64,000 nt of DNA, from contig NZ_JAXIVS010000015.1 of NCBI RefSeq assembly GCF_034259325.1, positions 102,515 through 166,514 of the forward strand. Direction: 5' to 3'. Below the pieces are notes generated by a model. It ran no database searches. It had not been told where the DNA came from and saw only the letters and a program-made list of their open reading frames with translations. Below, in pieces: positions 1-11,061 of this stretch (within the stretch, counting starts at the first letter, position 1; each line of letters starts with the position of its first letter). This stretch comes from Hyalangium rubrum. Lineage in GTDB: Bacteria > Myxococcota > Myxococcia > Myxococcales > Myxococcaceae. The position numbers and the translations under genes were made by a program.

Positions 1-741
1 TGATGGCGCGCACGCCACAGGCCTTGAGACGGTCCTGCATCCACTGGGGCGAGGGCTTGATGGTGACGTTCTCGACGATGCGCGCGGCGTAACGCGGGCA
101 CCGGGCCGAGTCCTCGATCCGCACCTTCACCTTGTCGGCCGCGGAGCCCCCAGACTCAGCGGGCTTCGGCTCCGGCGAACGGAACGCGGCGCCCGTCACC
201 ACGCCCACCTCTCGCGCCACGCCCAGGTGCGACAGGGCATCGGGCCGGTTCGGGGTGACGTTCACCTCCAGCACCACGTCATCCAGCCCCAGCGCCTCGG
301 CGATCGGCGTGCCCGGCTTCGTCTCCGGCGAGAGGATGAGCAGCCCGGAGGAGTCCTCCGTCAGCCCCAGCTCCTTGGCCGAGCACAGCATGCCGAAGCT
401 GTCCACGCCCCGGAGCGCGGCCTGCTTGATCTCCACGCCATTGGGCAGCTTCGTGCCCACGGTGGCCAGGGGCACCTTGTCCCCGACTTTGTAGTTCTTC
501 GCGCCGCACACCACTTGCAGCGGCGCGGAGCCGCCCGCGTCCACCTTCGTCACGGACAGCTTGTCCGCGTTCGGGTGCTGCACGGACTCCTGGATCTGCG
601 CCACCACCACGCCCTTGAGCGCCGCGCCGGGCTGCTCCAGGCCTTCGATCTCCAGCCCCGCCGCGGTCAGCTTGCGCGCCAGCTCGTCCACCGACGCCGG
701 CAGCTTCACGTACTCGCCGAGCCACTTCACCGAAATCTTCA
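1..741 (-). CDS. pheT: Phenylalanine--tRNA ligase beta subunit, N-terminal part (3' end of gene lies beyond window start)
   Basis: Reverse-strand translation from a GTG at 741 gives VKISVKWLGEYVKLPASVDELARKLTAAGLEIEGLEQPGAALKGVVVAQIQESVQHPNADKLSVTKVDAGG..., the canonical PheT N-terminus (tRNA-binding/B3-4 region). GAGAGGG SD sits 6 nt upstream. It lies directly downstream of pheS. Confidence 0.9.
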
Positions 742-762
742 CAGGTCAACCCTCTCCCGGAC

Positions 763-1812
763 TCAGAACTGCTCGAGGAAGCGTGCGTCGTTCTCGAACA
801 TCATCCGCAGGTCATCGATGCGGTAGCGCAGCATGGCGATGCGCTCCACGCCCATGCCGAACGCGTAGCCCGTCACCTCACCCGGGTCATAGCCGCTGTA
901 CTTGAAGACGTTGGGATGCACCATGCCGCTGCCCAGCACCTCCAGCCAGCCCGTCGACTTGCACACCCGGCAGCCCTTGCCGCCGCACGAGGTACAGGAG
1001 ATGTCCACCTCCGCCGAAGGCTCGGTGAACGGGAAGAAGGACGGGCGGAACCGCGTGCGCGTGTCCGAGCCGAAGAACGCCTTCACGAACGCGTCCAGCG
1101 TGCCCTTGAGCTCCGCGAAGCTCACGTCCTTGTCCACCAGCAAGCCCTCCACCTGGTGGAACATGGGCGTATGGGTGATGTCCGAGTCGCGCCGGTACAC
1201 CCGGCCCGGCATCACCGCGCGAATGGGCGGCTTGTGCGACAGCATGTGCCGCACCTGCACCGGGGACGTGTGCGTGCGCAGCAGAACCGGGCTGTCCGCC
1301 TTCTTCGCGTGGCCCAGCGTCGCCTCGTCCACGTAGAAGGTGTCCTGCATGTCCCGCGCGGGGTGATCCTTCGGCAGGTTCAGCGCCTCGAAGTTGTAGT
1401 AGTCCAGCTCGATCTCCGGACCCACCGCCACCTCGAAGCCGAGCCGCGCGAACGTCCGGACGATCTCCTCCATCGTCCGCGACACCGGGTGCCGGCTGCC
1501 GGGAGCCACCGCGCGACCGGGCAGCGTCACGTCCAGCTTCGCGCCCTTCAGCTCGGCCTCGAGCGCGGCCTCCTCGGCGCGCTTGAGCGCATCCGCGAGC
1601 AGCTTCTCGATCTCCGCCTTGACCTGGTTGGCGACCTCGCCCAGCGCCTTGCGCTCCTCGGGAGGCAACTTGCCCATGCCCCCGAGCACGCCGGACAGCT
1701 CGCCCTTCTTGCCCAAATAGCGGATCCTCAGCGCCTCGACGGCGGACACCTCCGAGGCGACGGTGATGTCACGCCGTGCCGACTCCGCGAGAGACTGCAA
1801 CCGATCCCGCAT
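763..1812 (-). CDS. pheS: Phenylalanine--tRNA ligase alpha subunit
   Basis: The listed ORF 763..1896 contains MRDRLQSLAESARRDI...FGMGVERIAMLRYRIDDLRMMFENDARFLEQF, with class II aaRS motifs and the typical PheS C-terminus. The internal ATG at 1812 gives ~349 aa, the usual PheS length. Confidence 0.9.
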   Translation of the reverse strand: MRDRLQSLAESARRDITVASEVSAVEALRIRYLGKKGELSGVLGGMGKLPPEERKALGEVANQVKAEIEKLLADALKRAEEAALEAELKGAKLDVTLPGRAVAPGSRHPVSRTMEEIVRTFARLGFEVAVGPEIELDYYNFEALNLPKDHPARDMQDTFYVDEATLGHAKKADSPVLLRTHTSPVQVRHMLSHKPPIRAVMPGRVYRRDSDITHTPMFHQVEGLLVDKDVSFAELKGTLDAFVKAFFGSDTRTRFRPSFFPFTEPSAEVDISCTSCGGKGCRVCKSTGWLEVLGSGMVHPNVFKYSGYDPGEVTGYAFGMGVERIAMLRYRIDDLRMMFENDARFLEQF

Positions 1813-1851
1813 CGCTCTGCTCCCCTCCCCGCCCGCCTTGCGAGCGGGGGC

Positions 1852-1882
1852 AAAAAAAAGGGCCGCCCTGGCGAGGCAGCCC
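1852..1882 (-). terminator. Rho-independent terminator/attenuator between rplT and pheS
   Basis: On the minus strand: GGCTGCC-tcgccag-GGCGGCC (7-bp stem with one U.G pair) followed by C and a T8 run (seen as caaaaaaaag on the plus strand at 1852-1859). Confidence 0.5.
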
Positions 1883-1961
1883 GTGTACTCGTTCACGCCC
1901 GGGAGACCCCAACCGGAGCCTCCCCAGCGATTCTGTCCGCCGGCCCCTCAGGCCGGAGTCG

Positions 1962-2309
1962 TCAGGCCGCCTTGGCGATGTTGGCGACGGCGGCAAAGCC
2001 CGCGGGATCCGCCACGGCCATGTCGGCCAGGACCTTGCGGTCCAGCGAGATCTTCGACTTGGCCAGGCCCGCGATCAGCTTCGAGTAGGACAGGCCCACG
2101 GTGCGAGCCGCCGCGTTGATGCGGACGATCCACAGCGAGCGGAAGTTGCGCTTGCGGGCGGCGCGGTCACGGCTGGCGTAGTCCAGCGCGCGCTCCACGG
2201 CCTGATTGGCCCGCTTGTAGCAGTTCTTCCGACGGCCACGGTAACCCTTGGCCAGCTTCAAAATCCGATTACGACGGCGGCGAGCCTTGAAACCCTTCTT
2301 TACGCGCAT
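1962..2309 (-). CDS. rplT: 50S ribosomal protein L20
   Basis: [69 protein letters not shown]... is unmistakable bL20. Confidence 0.95.
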   Translation of the reverse strand: MRVKKGFKARRRRNRILKLAKGYRGRRKNCYKRANQAVERALDYASRDRAARKRNFRSLWIVRINAAARTVGLSYSKLIAGLAKSKISLDRKVLADMAVADPAGFAAVANIAKAA

Positions 2310-2392
2310 GACACACTCCTCGACTGCTCAAGCTGGGAACCCCGTGGCGCAGGCCTCACGCCGCTCCGCCAGGGTCCGTGGGTAGTTAGTAA

Positions 2393-2602
2393 CTAGTTCG
2401 CCCCGTAGGGGAACATCTCCTTGATGACCTTCTTCGCATCCATGTCGCGAAGGTGGCCCGTGCCGCGGTTGCGGCGCTTCTGGGCCGGCGTCTTGCCGTG
2501 GGTGAAAAGGTGCTTGCCGTAGGCCTTGCCGTGCTTCACCTGGCCGCTCTTCTTCACCTGCAACCGCTTCTTCGCACCGCTACGGGTCTTCAACTTCGGC
2601 AT
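2393..2602 (-). CDS. rpmI: 50S ribosomal protein L35
   Basis: MPKLKTRSGAKKRLQVKKSGQVKHGKAYGKHLFTHGKTPAQKRRNRGTGHL... is bL35. Confidence 0.95.
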   Translation of the reverse strand: MPKLKTRSGAKKRLQVKKSGQVKHGKAYGKHLFTHGKTPAQKRRNRGTGHLRDMDAKKVIKEMFPYGAN

Positions 2603-2694
2603 CGTCCCAATCCTTCCTTCACGTTGCGCCGTCGGCTCTTTAGCTCTCGGCCTTCTGTTACAGGCCGACAGCCGAAGCCGACAGCCAAATCTCT

Positions 2695-3456
<762 letters not shown>

Positions 3457-3574
3457 GGGAGAACCCTCCAAAAACGGGAGTTCGGGCCTGCCTCCCTCCC
3501 TTGGAAGAGGCGCAAGATACTTTTCTACACCAGGGAGTCAAGGGAGGTCATCGACTTCCCGACCTGGTGCGACA

Positions 3575-5503
3575 TCACGAGATGGTGGCCTCCTTGACCA
3601 GGAGGGCCTCGAAATCCTCCAGCTTCATGCTCTTGAGGTCCTCGCCGCCGTAGCGCCGGGGGGCCACGCCCCCTGCCGCCACCTCGTTGTCGCCGATCAC
3701 CAGGGTGAAGGGGATCTTCTGGATCTGGGCCTCGCGGATCTTCGCGTTGAGCGTCTGCCCGCGCTCGTCCAGCTCGACCCGGTAGCCCTTGGCGCGCAGC
3801 TGATCGCGCACCTTGCGGGCGTACTCGAGCTGCCGGTCGGCCACGGTGACGATCGTCGCCTGGACGGGGGCCAGCCACGCGGGGAAGGCGCCCGCGAAGT
3901 GCTCGATCAGGATGGCGATGAAGCGCTCGAAGGAGCCGAAGATGGCGCGGTGCAGCACGACCGGCTTGTGCTCGGCGTTGTCTTCTCCGATGTAGGACAA
4001 GTCGAAGCGCTGCGCGGCCAGGTAGTCCAGCTGCATGGTGCCCAGCTGCCACTTGCGGCCGATGCTGTCGGACACGTCGAAGTCGATCTTCGGGCCGTAG
4101 AAGGCGCCCTCGCCCGGCTTCACCTCGTAGGGCACGTTGAGTGTCTTGAGCACACCTTCCAGCGCGGCCTCCGCGCGGTCCCATGTGGCGTCGTCACCGA
4201 GCCGCTGCTCAGGGCGGGTGGAGAACTTGGCCGAGTACTTCAGCCCCACGGCGTTGTAGACGTGGTCCAGGAACTCGACGAAGCGGCGGACCTCGTCGCC
4301 GATCTGGCTCTCCATGCAGTAGATGTGGGCGTCGTCCTGGGCGAACTGGCGCACGCGGGTGAGGCCGCCCAGCGAACCGGCCGCCTCGTTGCGGTGCAGC
4401 ACGTCCTGGGTGTGGAAGCGCAGCGGCAGGTCGCGGTAGCTGTGGCGCTTGAAGCCGAAGTACAGGTGGTGCGAGGGGCAGTTCATCGGCTTGAGGGAGA
4501 AGTCGTGCTCGCCGGACTCGCTGTCGAGCACCAGGAACATGTTCTCCTTGTACTTGCCCCAGTGGCCGCTGATCTCCCACAGGCCCTTGTTGAACAGCAG
4601 CGGCGTCTTGATCTCCACGTAGCCGCGCTCGGCCGTCAGCCGCCGCATCCAGCCCGAGAGCGTCTGGTAGATCGCGGTGCCCTTGGGCGTCCAGAAGGCC
4701 GAGCCCGGCGCGTACTGGTGGAAGTGGAACAGGTCCAGCTCCTTGCCCAGCTTGCGGTGGTCGCGCTTCTTCGCCTCCTCGATGCGCGTCAGGTGCTCCT
4801 GCAGGGCCTTCTTGTCGAAGAAGGCCGTGCCGTAGACGCGCTGGAGCATCGGGTTGCGGTGGTCACCGCGCCAGTACGCGCCGCTGGAGGACAGGATCTT
4901 GATGACCCCGATGCGGCCGGTGGACGGGGCGTGGGGCCCGAGGCAGAAGTCCACCCAGTCCCCGTGGCTGTAGAGCGTCAGCGTCTTGGCGCCCTTGGCG
5001 GCGATGTCCTGGATGATCTCCACCTTGAACTTCTCGCCCTTCTCCTCGAAGAGGCGAACCGCCTCCTCCATGGAGATCTCCTTGCGGACGAAGGGCAGGT
5101 TCTGGGCGATCTCCTTGTTGGCCTCGACCTCGATCTTCTCGAGGTCCTCGGGCGTGAAGGGCTTCTCGCGGAAGAAGTCGTAATAGAAGCCCTCCTCCGT
5201 CGCCGGGCCGATCGTCACCTGGGTGCCCGGGAAGAGCCGCTGCACGGCGCTGGCCACCACATGCGCGGCGTCGTGGCGGATGAGCTCCAGGGCCTCGGGG
5301 CTCTTGGTGGTGAAGATCTGGAGCTTCACGTCCTCGTTCAGCGGACGGGCCAGGTCCATGTCCTGGCCGTTGACCCGGGCGAAGAGAGCGGCCTTGGCCA
5401 GGCCGGCGCCGATGCCCTCCCGCACGAAGTCCCCGATGGGAGTCCCCCGGGCCGTCTGCTTCTGGCTGCCGTCGGGGAGTGTCACCGTGATCATGTCGGA
5501 CAT
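3575..5503 (-). CDS. thrS: Threonine--tRNA ligase
   Basis: The 642-aa protein shows TGS, editing and class II core motifs (…[13 protein letters not shown]…FWTPKGT…[18 protein letters not shown]…). A GAGG SD lies upstream of the ATG at 5503. Confidence 0.95.
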   Translation of the reverse strand: MSDMITVTLPDGSQKQTARGTPIGDFVREGIGAGLAKAALFARVNGQDMDLARPLNEDVKLQIFTTKSPEALELIRHDAAHVVASAVQRLFPGTQVTIGPATEEGFYYDFFREKPFTPEDLEKIEVEANKEIAQNLPFVRKEISMEEAVRLFEEKGEKFKVEIIQDIAAKGAKTLTLYSHGDWVDFCLGPHAPSTGRIGVIKILSSSGAYWRGDHRNPMLQRVYGTAFFDKKALQEHLTRIEEAKKRDHRKLGKELDLFHFHQYAPGSAFWTPKGTAIYQTLSGWMRRLTAERGYVEIKTPLLFNKGLWEISGHWGKYKENMFLVLDSESGEHDFSLKPMNCPSHHLYFGFKRHSYRDLPLRFHTQDVLHRNEAAGSLGGLTRVRQFAQDDAHIYCMESQIGDEVRRFVEFLDHVYNAVGLKYSAKFSTRPEQRLGDDATWDRAEAALEGVLKTLNVPYEVKPGEGAFYGPKIDFDVSDSIGRKWQLGTMQLDYLAAQRFDLSYIGEDNAEHKPVVLHRAIFGSFERFIAILIEHFAGAFPAWLAPVQATIVTVADRQLEYARKVRDQLRAKGYRVELDERGQTLNAKIREAQIQKIPFTLVIGDNEVAAGGVAPRRYGGEDLKSMKLEDFEALLVKEATIS

Positions 5504-5524
5504 GTCAGAACCTCGAAATGCATC

Positions 5525-5556
5525 GGGCGGCAGGCTTACTGGAAGCCTTGCCGCCC
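5525..5556 (-). promoter_or_regulatory. Stable hairpin in the 75-nt spacer between tRNA-Val and the thrS start codon
   Basis: Minus-strand RNA forms GGGCGGCAAGGCTT-ccagt-AAGCCTGCCGCCC (13-bp stem with one bulge) and there is no U-tract. It sits just 5' of the thrS SD. Candidate thrS operator or RNase processing site. Confidence 0.35.
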
Positions 5557-5578
5557 GGTGTCAGACTTCCTGATGGGA

Positions 5579-5649
<71 letters not shown>

Positions 5650-5668
5650 CCTGTCTGAAAAGCGCGGC

Positions 5669-5699
5669 GGGAATAGCAGTGCCCTCCCGCAGCTGTCAA
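5669..5699 (-). promoter_or_regulatory. Candidate sigma70-type promoter for the tRNA-Val/thrS operon
   Basis: On the minus strand there is a perfect TTGACA (RC of 5694-5699), an 18-19 nt spacer, then TATTCC/CTATTC (RC of 5669-5675). It lies ~18 nt upstream of the tRNA 5' end. Confidence 0.3.
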
Positions 5700-5745
5700 G
5701 GAAACACGGACGTGGACGCTTCCTCTTCCCTGACCCTGTGCCGAT

Positions 5746-6436
5746 TCAGGGGGGCGCTGCCTCCAGCAACTGGCGAACTCGGCCCATCACCGCATCGAAC
5801 ATGGTCGGGGTAAGCCGGCCCGTCTGCGTGTTCTGCTGGCTGACGTGGTAGCAGCCCACGAGCGTCCGGCCGCCTGGCAGGGGGACCTCTGCCCCGTGTC
5901 CGAACGCCGGCTTGGGGGAAGGCAGGCTCACCCCGGCCCGGGACAGGGCCACCAGGGTGGCGTTCCAGCCGATGGCCCCGAGCGCCAGAAACACCCGGGC
6001 GGGCAACAGCGCCAGCTCCCGATCGAGGAAGGGCGCACAGCGGGCCAGCTCCTCGGGCAGTGGCTTGTTCTCCGGTGGCGCGCAGCGGGCGGACGCAGTG
6101 ATGTAGGCGCCTTTGAGCGTGAGGCCGTCGTCCCGATGCTGACTGGTCGGCTGGTTGGCGAAGCCCGCGCGGTGCAACCCCGCGTAGAGGAAGTCTCCGG
6201 AGCGGTCCCCGGTGAAGACCCGGCCGGTCCGGTTCGCCCCGTGGGCCGCCGGTGCCAGGCCGATGACGACCAGCCGCGCCTGGGGATCGCCAAAGCCCCC
6301 TACCGGCCGGCCCCAGTACGTCCAGTCCCGGTAGGCGCGGCGCTTCACCCGCGCCACCTCTTCTCGCCATTCAACCAGGCGAGGACAGGCCCGACACTGG
6401 ATGATCTCCGCCTGCAATTTCTCGAGCTTCGTCACC
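5746..6436 (-). CDS. Uracil-DNA glycosylase, family 4 (UdgA-type)
   Basis: The GTG at 6436 (GGAG SD upstream) begins VTKLEKLQAEIIQCRACPRLVEWREEV...GLAPAAHGANRTGRVFTGDRSGDFLYAGL...CAPP.... These are the Cys-containing N-terminus and GxAPG..G..TG.PF motif of family-4 UDGs. The ORF-track extension 5' of 6436 is Ser/Cys/Arg low-complexity and probably not coding. Confidence 0.8.
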
Positions 6437-6487
6437 TGCTCCGACCTCGCACCGCGGCCTCCAACTGCTGGACCCGGGCCTCGACGC

Positions 6488-7678
6488 TCACCCCTTGGGT
6501 GCCTCACCTGTGTACAGCGGCATCTTCTGGTAGCGCTGCACCACCACGCGCAAGACCACCTTGAGGATGGCGCTGAAGGGCACCGCGAGGAGGATCCCCA
6601 CGAAGCCGAACAGCTCGCCGAACGCGAGCACCGCGATGATGACCGCCACCGGCGCCAGCCCGACCTTCTCACCCACCACCCGAGGGGTGATGACGAGCCC
6701 CTCGGACAGCTGGGCCACCGCGAAGGTCCCCGCCACCACCGCCAGCTGCCAGGGACCCTGCCACGACAGCATCAGCCCGACCATGGTGAGCACCAGCCCG
6801 ATCGCCGTCCCCAGGTAGGGCACCATGTTCCCGAAGCCCGCGATGACGCCGATGACGATGGCCATGTCCACCCCCGCGATGGCCAGCCCCGTGCCGTAGA
6901 TGACCGACAGGATGGAGCCCACGGTGAGCTGCCCTCGCACGAAGGCCGAGAGCACATCGTCCACCTCGCTGAAGCGGCGGCTCACCAGCCCCAACGCGCG
7001 CCGGGGGATGACCTCCCGCACCAGCCCGATGAGCCGAGGGTAGTCCTGCAGGAAGAAGAACCCCAGCACCGGCACCACCGCCAGCCCCAGCAACGTCGTC
7101 ACGAACCGGGCGGTGTTGCTCGCGAAGCGCGCGGCCAGGCTCGCCGCCGTGGGCCCCGCGCTCTGGAGCAGATCCGAGGCCTGGGCGCCCAGCTCCGCGG
7201 TCCGCTGGTTCACGAACTCCGGCACGGACACGCCCAGCAGCGCCTCCACACGGGGGATGACCTGGGTGCTGGCCCGACGGAAGAACTCCGGCAGCTTGGC
7301 CGCCTCCTCCCGGAACACCGGGATGAGGTAGAGCACCGCGCCCACCAGCGCCAGCGTGGAGCCCGCGAAGACGAGCGTCGTGCCCCACGTGCGGCTCAGC
7401 TTGCGGCGCTCGAGCGCGGTCACCAGCGGGTTGAAGACGTACGCCCCCGTGAGCGCCAGCAGCACGGGAACCGCCACCCCGCCAAACACCGAGATCAACA
7501 CGAACACCAGCCCCAGCATGCCCACCATCACCAGGGACCAGAGCAGATCGATCCGCCGCGCCTCCTCCTCGGGAAGCGGCAGTGTCTCCTCTGGGGGGAC
7601 AACGTGCAGGACTGGGGGCGGCTCGGGAGCGGCCTCAGGCGCCACGGGCGTGGCACGAGACTCTTCCGGGGACTTCAC
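6488..7678 (-). CDS. AI-2E family transporter (PerM/UPF0118) membrane protein
   Basis: The 396-aa protein has 7-8 TM helices and the AI-2E family signature near the C-terminus (…FGELFGFVGILLAVPFSAILKV…). The N-terminus is Pro/Glu-rich. Confidence 0.8.
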   Translation of the reverse strand: MKSPEESRATPVAPEAAPEPPPVLHVVPPEETLPLPEEEARRIDLLWSLVMVGMLGLVFVLISVFGGVAVPVLLALTGAYVFNPLVTALERRKLSRTWGTTLVFAGSTLALVGAVLYLIPVFREEAAKLPEFFRRASTQVIPRVEALLGVSVPEFVNQRTAELGAQASDLLQSAGPTAASLAARFASNTARFVTTLLGLAVVPVLGFFFLQDYPRLIGLVREVIPRRALGLVSRRFSEVDDVLSAFVRGQLTVGSILSVIYGTGLAIAGVDMAIVIGVIAGFGNMVPYLGTAIGLVLTMVGLMLSWQGPWQLAVVAGTFAVAQLSEGLVITPRVVGEKVGLAPVAVIIAVLAFGELFGFVGILLAVPFSAILKVVLRVVVQRYQKMPLYTGEAPKG

Positions 7679-7733
7679 CGCGCGTGCGCTGCCTTTCTTG
7701 CGACGTCCGATGACGGGGCTCCTCTCGAGGTGA

Positions 7734-8507
7734 CTACTTGTTGCGATTCACGAAGCGGCCGAAGTCGTCTTCCATGGCCTTCCAGTCCAATGGCTCGACC
7801 TCTCCCAGATTCGTACTGCCGACCCTGACCTGCTGCTCCTTCTGAAGGTTGGCGAACCCCGCCTCCCACTGCTCCTGGGTGACCTCTCGGGGCGGAGGCC
7901 TCTCCGTCCGCGCCTGCTTCTTGTCACCCTTGGCACCGGGGGCTGGCTGGGTCTGGTTCTTCACCGTCTTGAGGACCTGGGCCTCCACCACCACGCGCCC
8001 CTCCACCACCCGCACCACCACGTCCGGCTTCGGCCCGGGCGTCATGCCCTGCACCTTGCTGACGTAGTCCACCCGGAAGATGGTGCCGCGCACGCCGGCC
8101 ACCGCGCGCTCGGTCTTCACCTCGAACTTCGCCTCCGAACCGGAGATCACCTTCTTCACGTGCGCCCAGAGGCTGCCGAGCCCCAACCTCGCCGAGAAGC
8201 TCTTGCGATTCACTCCTTCGAAGGTGGCCTCGTCGATGTAGAGCTGGCTGTTCTCCGCGAGCATGAGCACGCTGTTGTCATTCAACTGGATCTTGAGGTT
8301 GGACTTCGGCCCCAGTTGGAGCGAGTCCTTCACCTCGATCTCCGCGCCGGCCAGGAGCACATGCTGCTGTCCGCTGGCGTCCGTGCGCGTCGCCGTCCCC
8401 TCCATGACGAGGACCTTCCCGACGCTCGCCAGCGCGAGTCCGGGCAGCACCAGCGCGGCCAGCACCGCCGCTCGTCCACCAACGGTCGACCTGAGCAAGC
8501 CCTTCAC
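7734..8507 (-). CDS. FecR-domain secreted protein
   Basis: The GTG at 8507 overlaps the upstream stop (GTGA). VKGLLRSTVGGRAAVLAALVLPGLALASVG is a signal peptide. ...AGAEIEVKDSLQLGPKSNLKIQLNDNSVLMLAENSQLYIDEATFEGV.. is FecR-like beta-sandwich (PF04773-type) sequence. Confidence 0.65.
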   Translation of the reverse strand: MKGLLRSTVGGRAAVLAALVLPGLALASVGKVLVMEGTATRTDASGQQHVLLAGAEIEVKDSLQLGPKSNLKIQLNDNSVLMLAENSQLYIDEATFEGVNRKSFSARLGLGSLWAHVKKVISGSEAKFEVKTERAVAGVRGTIFRVDYVSKVQGMTPGPKPDVVVRVVEGRVVVEAQVLKTVKNQTQPAPGAKGDKKQARTERPPPREVTQEQWEAGFANLQKEQQVRVGSTNLGEVEPLDWKAMEDDFGRFVNRNK

Positions 8508-8875
8508 GGAGCACCTCCTTCGGGAGTCCCGGTCCCCATCGTCTGGAGCCGCACGTCCAAGGCGGCCCGGGCGCCATGGGGCTCGAAATAGGTGGTGTAC
8601 GGCCAGTAGCCCTGCTTCCTCACCTCGATCTGGTGCAGCCCCTTGCCCACCCTCAGCCCCCGGGGCGAGCCCCGGAAGTCGGTGCAGATCCCCTGGATGA
8701 CACCGTCCAGGTACACCTCCGCGTCCGGAGGCTCGCACCGCAACACCACATCTCCGCTCGGCGTCCCGGCGTTGCGCAAAAGCTCCCGGGCCTGGCCCAG
8801 CGTCGCTGGCTCCTCCTGGCGCCCGGCACAACTCAGCGCCACTACCAACCCCACCGGCCAGAGCCCACCGCGCAT
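8504..8875 (-). CDS. PEGA-domain lipoprotein
   Basis: MRGGLWPVGLVVALSCAG is a lipoprotein signal. ...LRCEPPDAEVYLDGV.QG.....F...P.GLRVGKGLHQIEVRKQGY is the PEGA motif. The start ATG overlaps the stop of the upstream gene (TGATG). Confidence 0.6.
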   Translation of the reverse strand: MRGGLWPVGLVVALSCAGRQEEPATLGQARELLRNAGTPSGDVVLRCEPPDAEVYLDGVIQGICTDFRGSPRGLRVGKGLHQIEVRKQGYWPYTTYFEPHGARAALDVRLQTMGTGTPEGGAP

Positions 8876-10083
8876 CAGCGCGCCAGCGTCAGCTCGATGG
8901 TGCTGTTGCCCACTCCCGTCACGCTGACCTTCTTGCCCTTGTACGTCTTGCCGCTCACCGCCTCGGCCAGATCGTCCATGGTGCCCAGGAAGGTCAGGTC
9001 AAACTGACCCTTGCCTCCACTGAAGGTCCCCTGCCCCAACTCGCGCAGCCCCGAGGACAGCTCCTTGGCCAGCACCTTCTTGAAGCCCTGGACCGCCGCG
9101 TAGTCCGTCAGGCCCACCACGCTCATGCTGACGCGGCTGCCGTTGAAGAACGCGTTGTTCAGGTACGCGACGACCGGCGTACGCACCTCGGCGACGACCT
9201 TCTCGCCCCGAACCCGCGCCACCTCGTAGGCCGTGCGCTCATAGGAGACCGTGAGCTTGCCCTGCTCGCCCACGTTGTTCTGCTTGTTGTCGAAGCCGCC
9301 GGAGACCTTGGCGAGCTGGCTCCCGCTGGCCGTCTCGAAGATCGAGAGATCGTACCCTCCGGAGACGAAGAACAGGAGCTGGTTGCCCTGATCGTCCACT
9401 TCGCCCCACGCCTTCTTGTTCGGCGCGATCTGCTGATACGTCACGTTGCCGTAGAGGATGTAGTCCGCCTTCGTCAGGTCCCCGATCTCCTTGGCCTCGG
9501 CGTTGCTCAGCGCGGTGGCGCCGGGCTGCAGCCGCACCTTCCCCATGGCGAAGGCCGGGTCGATGATCGTCCAGCCGTCCTTCATGAAGGCCTCGGTGAG
9601 CACCGTGCTCATCGTCTGGCTGGTGATCGAGGCCTGATCGGGCGTCACCGTCTGCTCGTACACCAGGATGACCAGCTTCTTGTTGCCGAGCTGCTGGATG
9701 AGGGCCTGCACGGCCTGCAGATCCTTGTCGAGCTGCGTGGTCCCCACCTGTGCGCGCAGGGTGACCTTCATCACCCCGCCCTCCTCCTTGCGGTCCACGA
9801 TGTCGTACTTGCGCACGTAGCCATCGCTCCGGGAGAGGATCTTGTCCTGGATGAGCTGGTTGTTGGACGTCAGCGTCTGCGCGGAGATCCGCACGCCGAC
9901 CACCTTCTCCACCGCCTCGCGCAAGGCGGCGTTGCGGGCATCCCGCACCGCCTTGTCCGTGTCACCCGCGACGATCGCGGCCTCGCCCGTCACCTCCTGG
10001 GTCACGAAGTCGGGCTGCTTGCCTGCCGCCAGCGCAGTCGCGACCAGGAGCCAGGACACCACCGTGAGCTTCAACGCCTTCAT
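8875..10083 (-). CDS. Secreted LPP20/FlgP-like domain protein (402 aa) with C-terminal CsgG/FlgO-like region
   Basis: It has a signal peptide MKALKLTVVSWLLVATALAAG. The N-terminal region VTGEAAIVAGDTDKAVRDARNAALREAVEKVVGVRISAQT...GYVRKYDIV...GGVMKVTLRAQV matches the LPP20 pattern (TG.G.........A...A...A...A...V.G..I). The remainder is uncharacterised. Confidence 0.6.
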   Translation of the reverse strand: MKALKLTVVSWLLVATALAAGKQPDFVTQEVTGEAAIVAGDTDKAVRDARNAALREAVEKVVGVRISAQTLTSNNQLIQDKILSRSDGYVRKYDIVDRKEEGGVMKVTLRAQVGTTQLDKDLQAVQALIQQLGNKKLVILVYEQTVTPDQASITSQTMSTVLTEAFMKDGWTIIDPAFAMGKVRLQPGATALSNAEAKEIGDLTKADYILYGNVTYQQIAPNKKAWGEVDDQGNQLLFFVSGGYDLSIFETASGSQLAKVSGGFDNKQNNVGEQGKLTVSYERTAYEVARVRGEKVVAEVRTPVVAYLNNAFFNGSRVSMSVVGLTDYAAVQGFKKVLAKELSSGLRELGQGTFSGGKGQFDLTFLGTMDDLAEAVSGKTYKGKKVSVTGVGNSTIELTLAR

Positions 10084-10098
10084 GTCCGCCCTCTCGCG

Positions 10099-10884
10099 CT
10101 ACTGCGTGACGATCGCGACCCGGCCCTCGGCCAGGAACGATGCGTTCGATTCGGTGAGCTGCTTCAGCGCTTCCTCGGCCAGCACCAGGTCCGAGCCCTG
10201 GAGCTGCGAGGCCTTCACCACCAGCGGCTTCTCGCCCACCAAGGTGCTCTTGCGCGCGTCCTCGAGGCTCTTGAAGTACGCCGCCACCGCCGAGGCCTTG
10301 CGCGCGTCGGTCGAGAGCGCCTCCGCGCCGTAGACGGCCTTACCCGCGCCGTCCAGCAGTCGCGGCGCCAGCACCGGACTCGCGCCCAGGCCGCGCGCAT
10401 CCACCACCAGCCCGGTGTACTTCTTCGTGCCCTGCTCGTTCACCGAGATCGCCGCATCCGCGGCTGGCAGCAGCGTGGCCGTGAGCGCCGACAGCGGCAC
10501 CTCCACGTCCAACTCCACTCCGCTGTCCGAGTAGTAGCGCTTGTTGACGACCTTGAAGCCGCGGATGACTCCCTCGACGCGGCCCCGGAGCTCCTCGCTG
10601 CCCATCGCGTCGCCCACCGTGCGGCCGGCGCTGATCTGCACGCCCTTGACCTGCTCCAGCAGATTGCGGAACGCGTCCATCTTCGCCGCGCGCTCGGCCC
10701 CCAGTCGCGCCTGGGCCGGGTTGGCGGCCTTCATGTCCGGCGAGCCCGCGCCGGTGGCCCGCAGGATCTGCCCCTCCCAGTTGATTCCGGTCTCGGGCTT
10801 CGCCGCAGCCGCAGCCGCGGGGGCCGCAGGCTTCACATCCTTACCCTGGGCCACCGCGGACAACGGTACGACCAGGGCCAGCAT
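10099..10884 (-). CDS. LPP20-family lipoprotein (FlgP-like)
   Basis: From the ATG at 10884 the protein begins MLALVVPLSAVAQG (signal). ...ILRATGAGSPDMKAANPAQARLGAERAAKMDAFRNLLEQVKGVQISAGRTVGDAMGSEELRGRVEGVIRGFKVVNKRYYSDSGVELDVEVPL is a strong LPP20 (PF02169) signature. An alternative upstream start lies at 10959. Confidence 0.65.
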   Translation of the reverse strand: MLALVVPLSAVAQGKDVKPAAPAAAAAAKPETGINWEGQILRATGAGSPDMKAANPAQARLGAERAAKMDAFRNLLEQVKGVQISAGRTVGDAMGSEELRGRVEGVIRGFKVVNKRYYSDSGVELDVEVPLSALTATLLPAADAAISVNEQGTKKYTGLVVDARGLGASPVLAPRLLDGAGKAVYGAEALSTDARKASAVAAYFKSLEDARKSTLVGEKPLVVKASQLQGSDLVLAEEALKQLTESNASFLAEGRVAIVTQ

Positions 10885-11061
10885 CCACAACGAACGCTTC
10901 AAAGGGGGCCTCCGTCCTCGGAGAACGCGGCGAGATGACGCCACTGAAATGTCGGCCATTCAATCGACCGGCTTTCAGTGAAGTCAAGGCGCGCTCCCCC
11001 CTCCAAGCACGCCTGCTCTCTAGAAATCGCGTTCCCGTGACGCGAGGCGCGACGCGCTGCG

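Noticed and set aside
6401-7828. 475-aa plus-strand ORF
   Set aside because: It is antisense to the AI-2E transporter gene.
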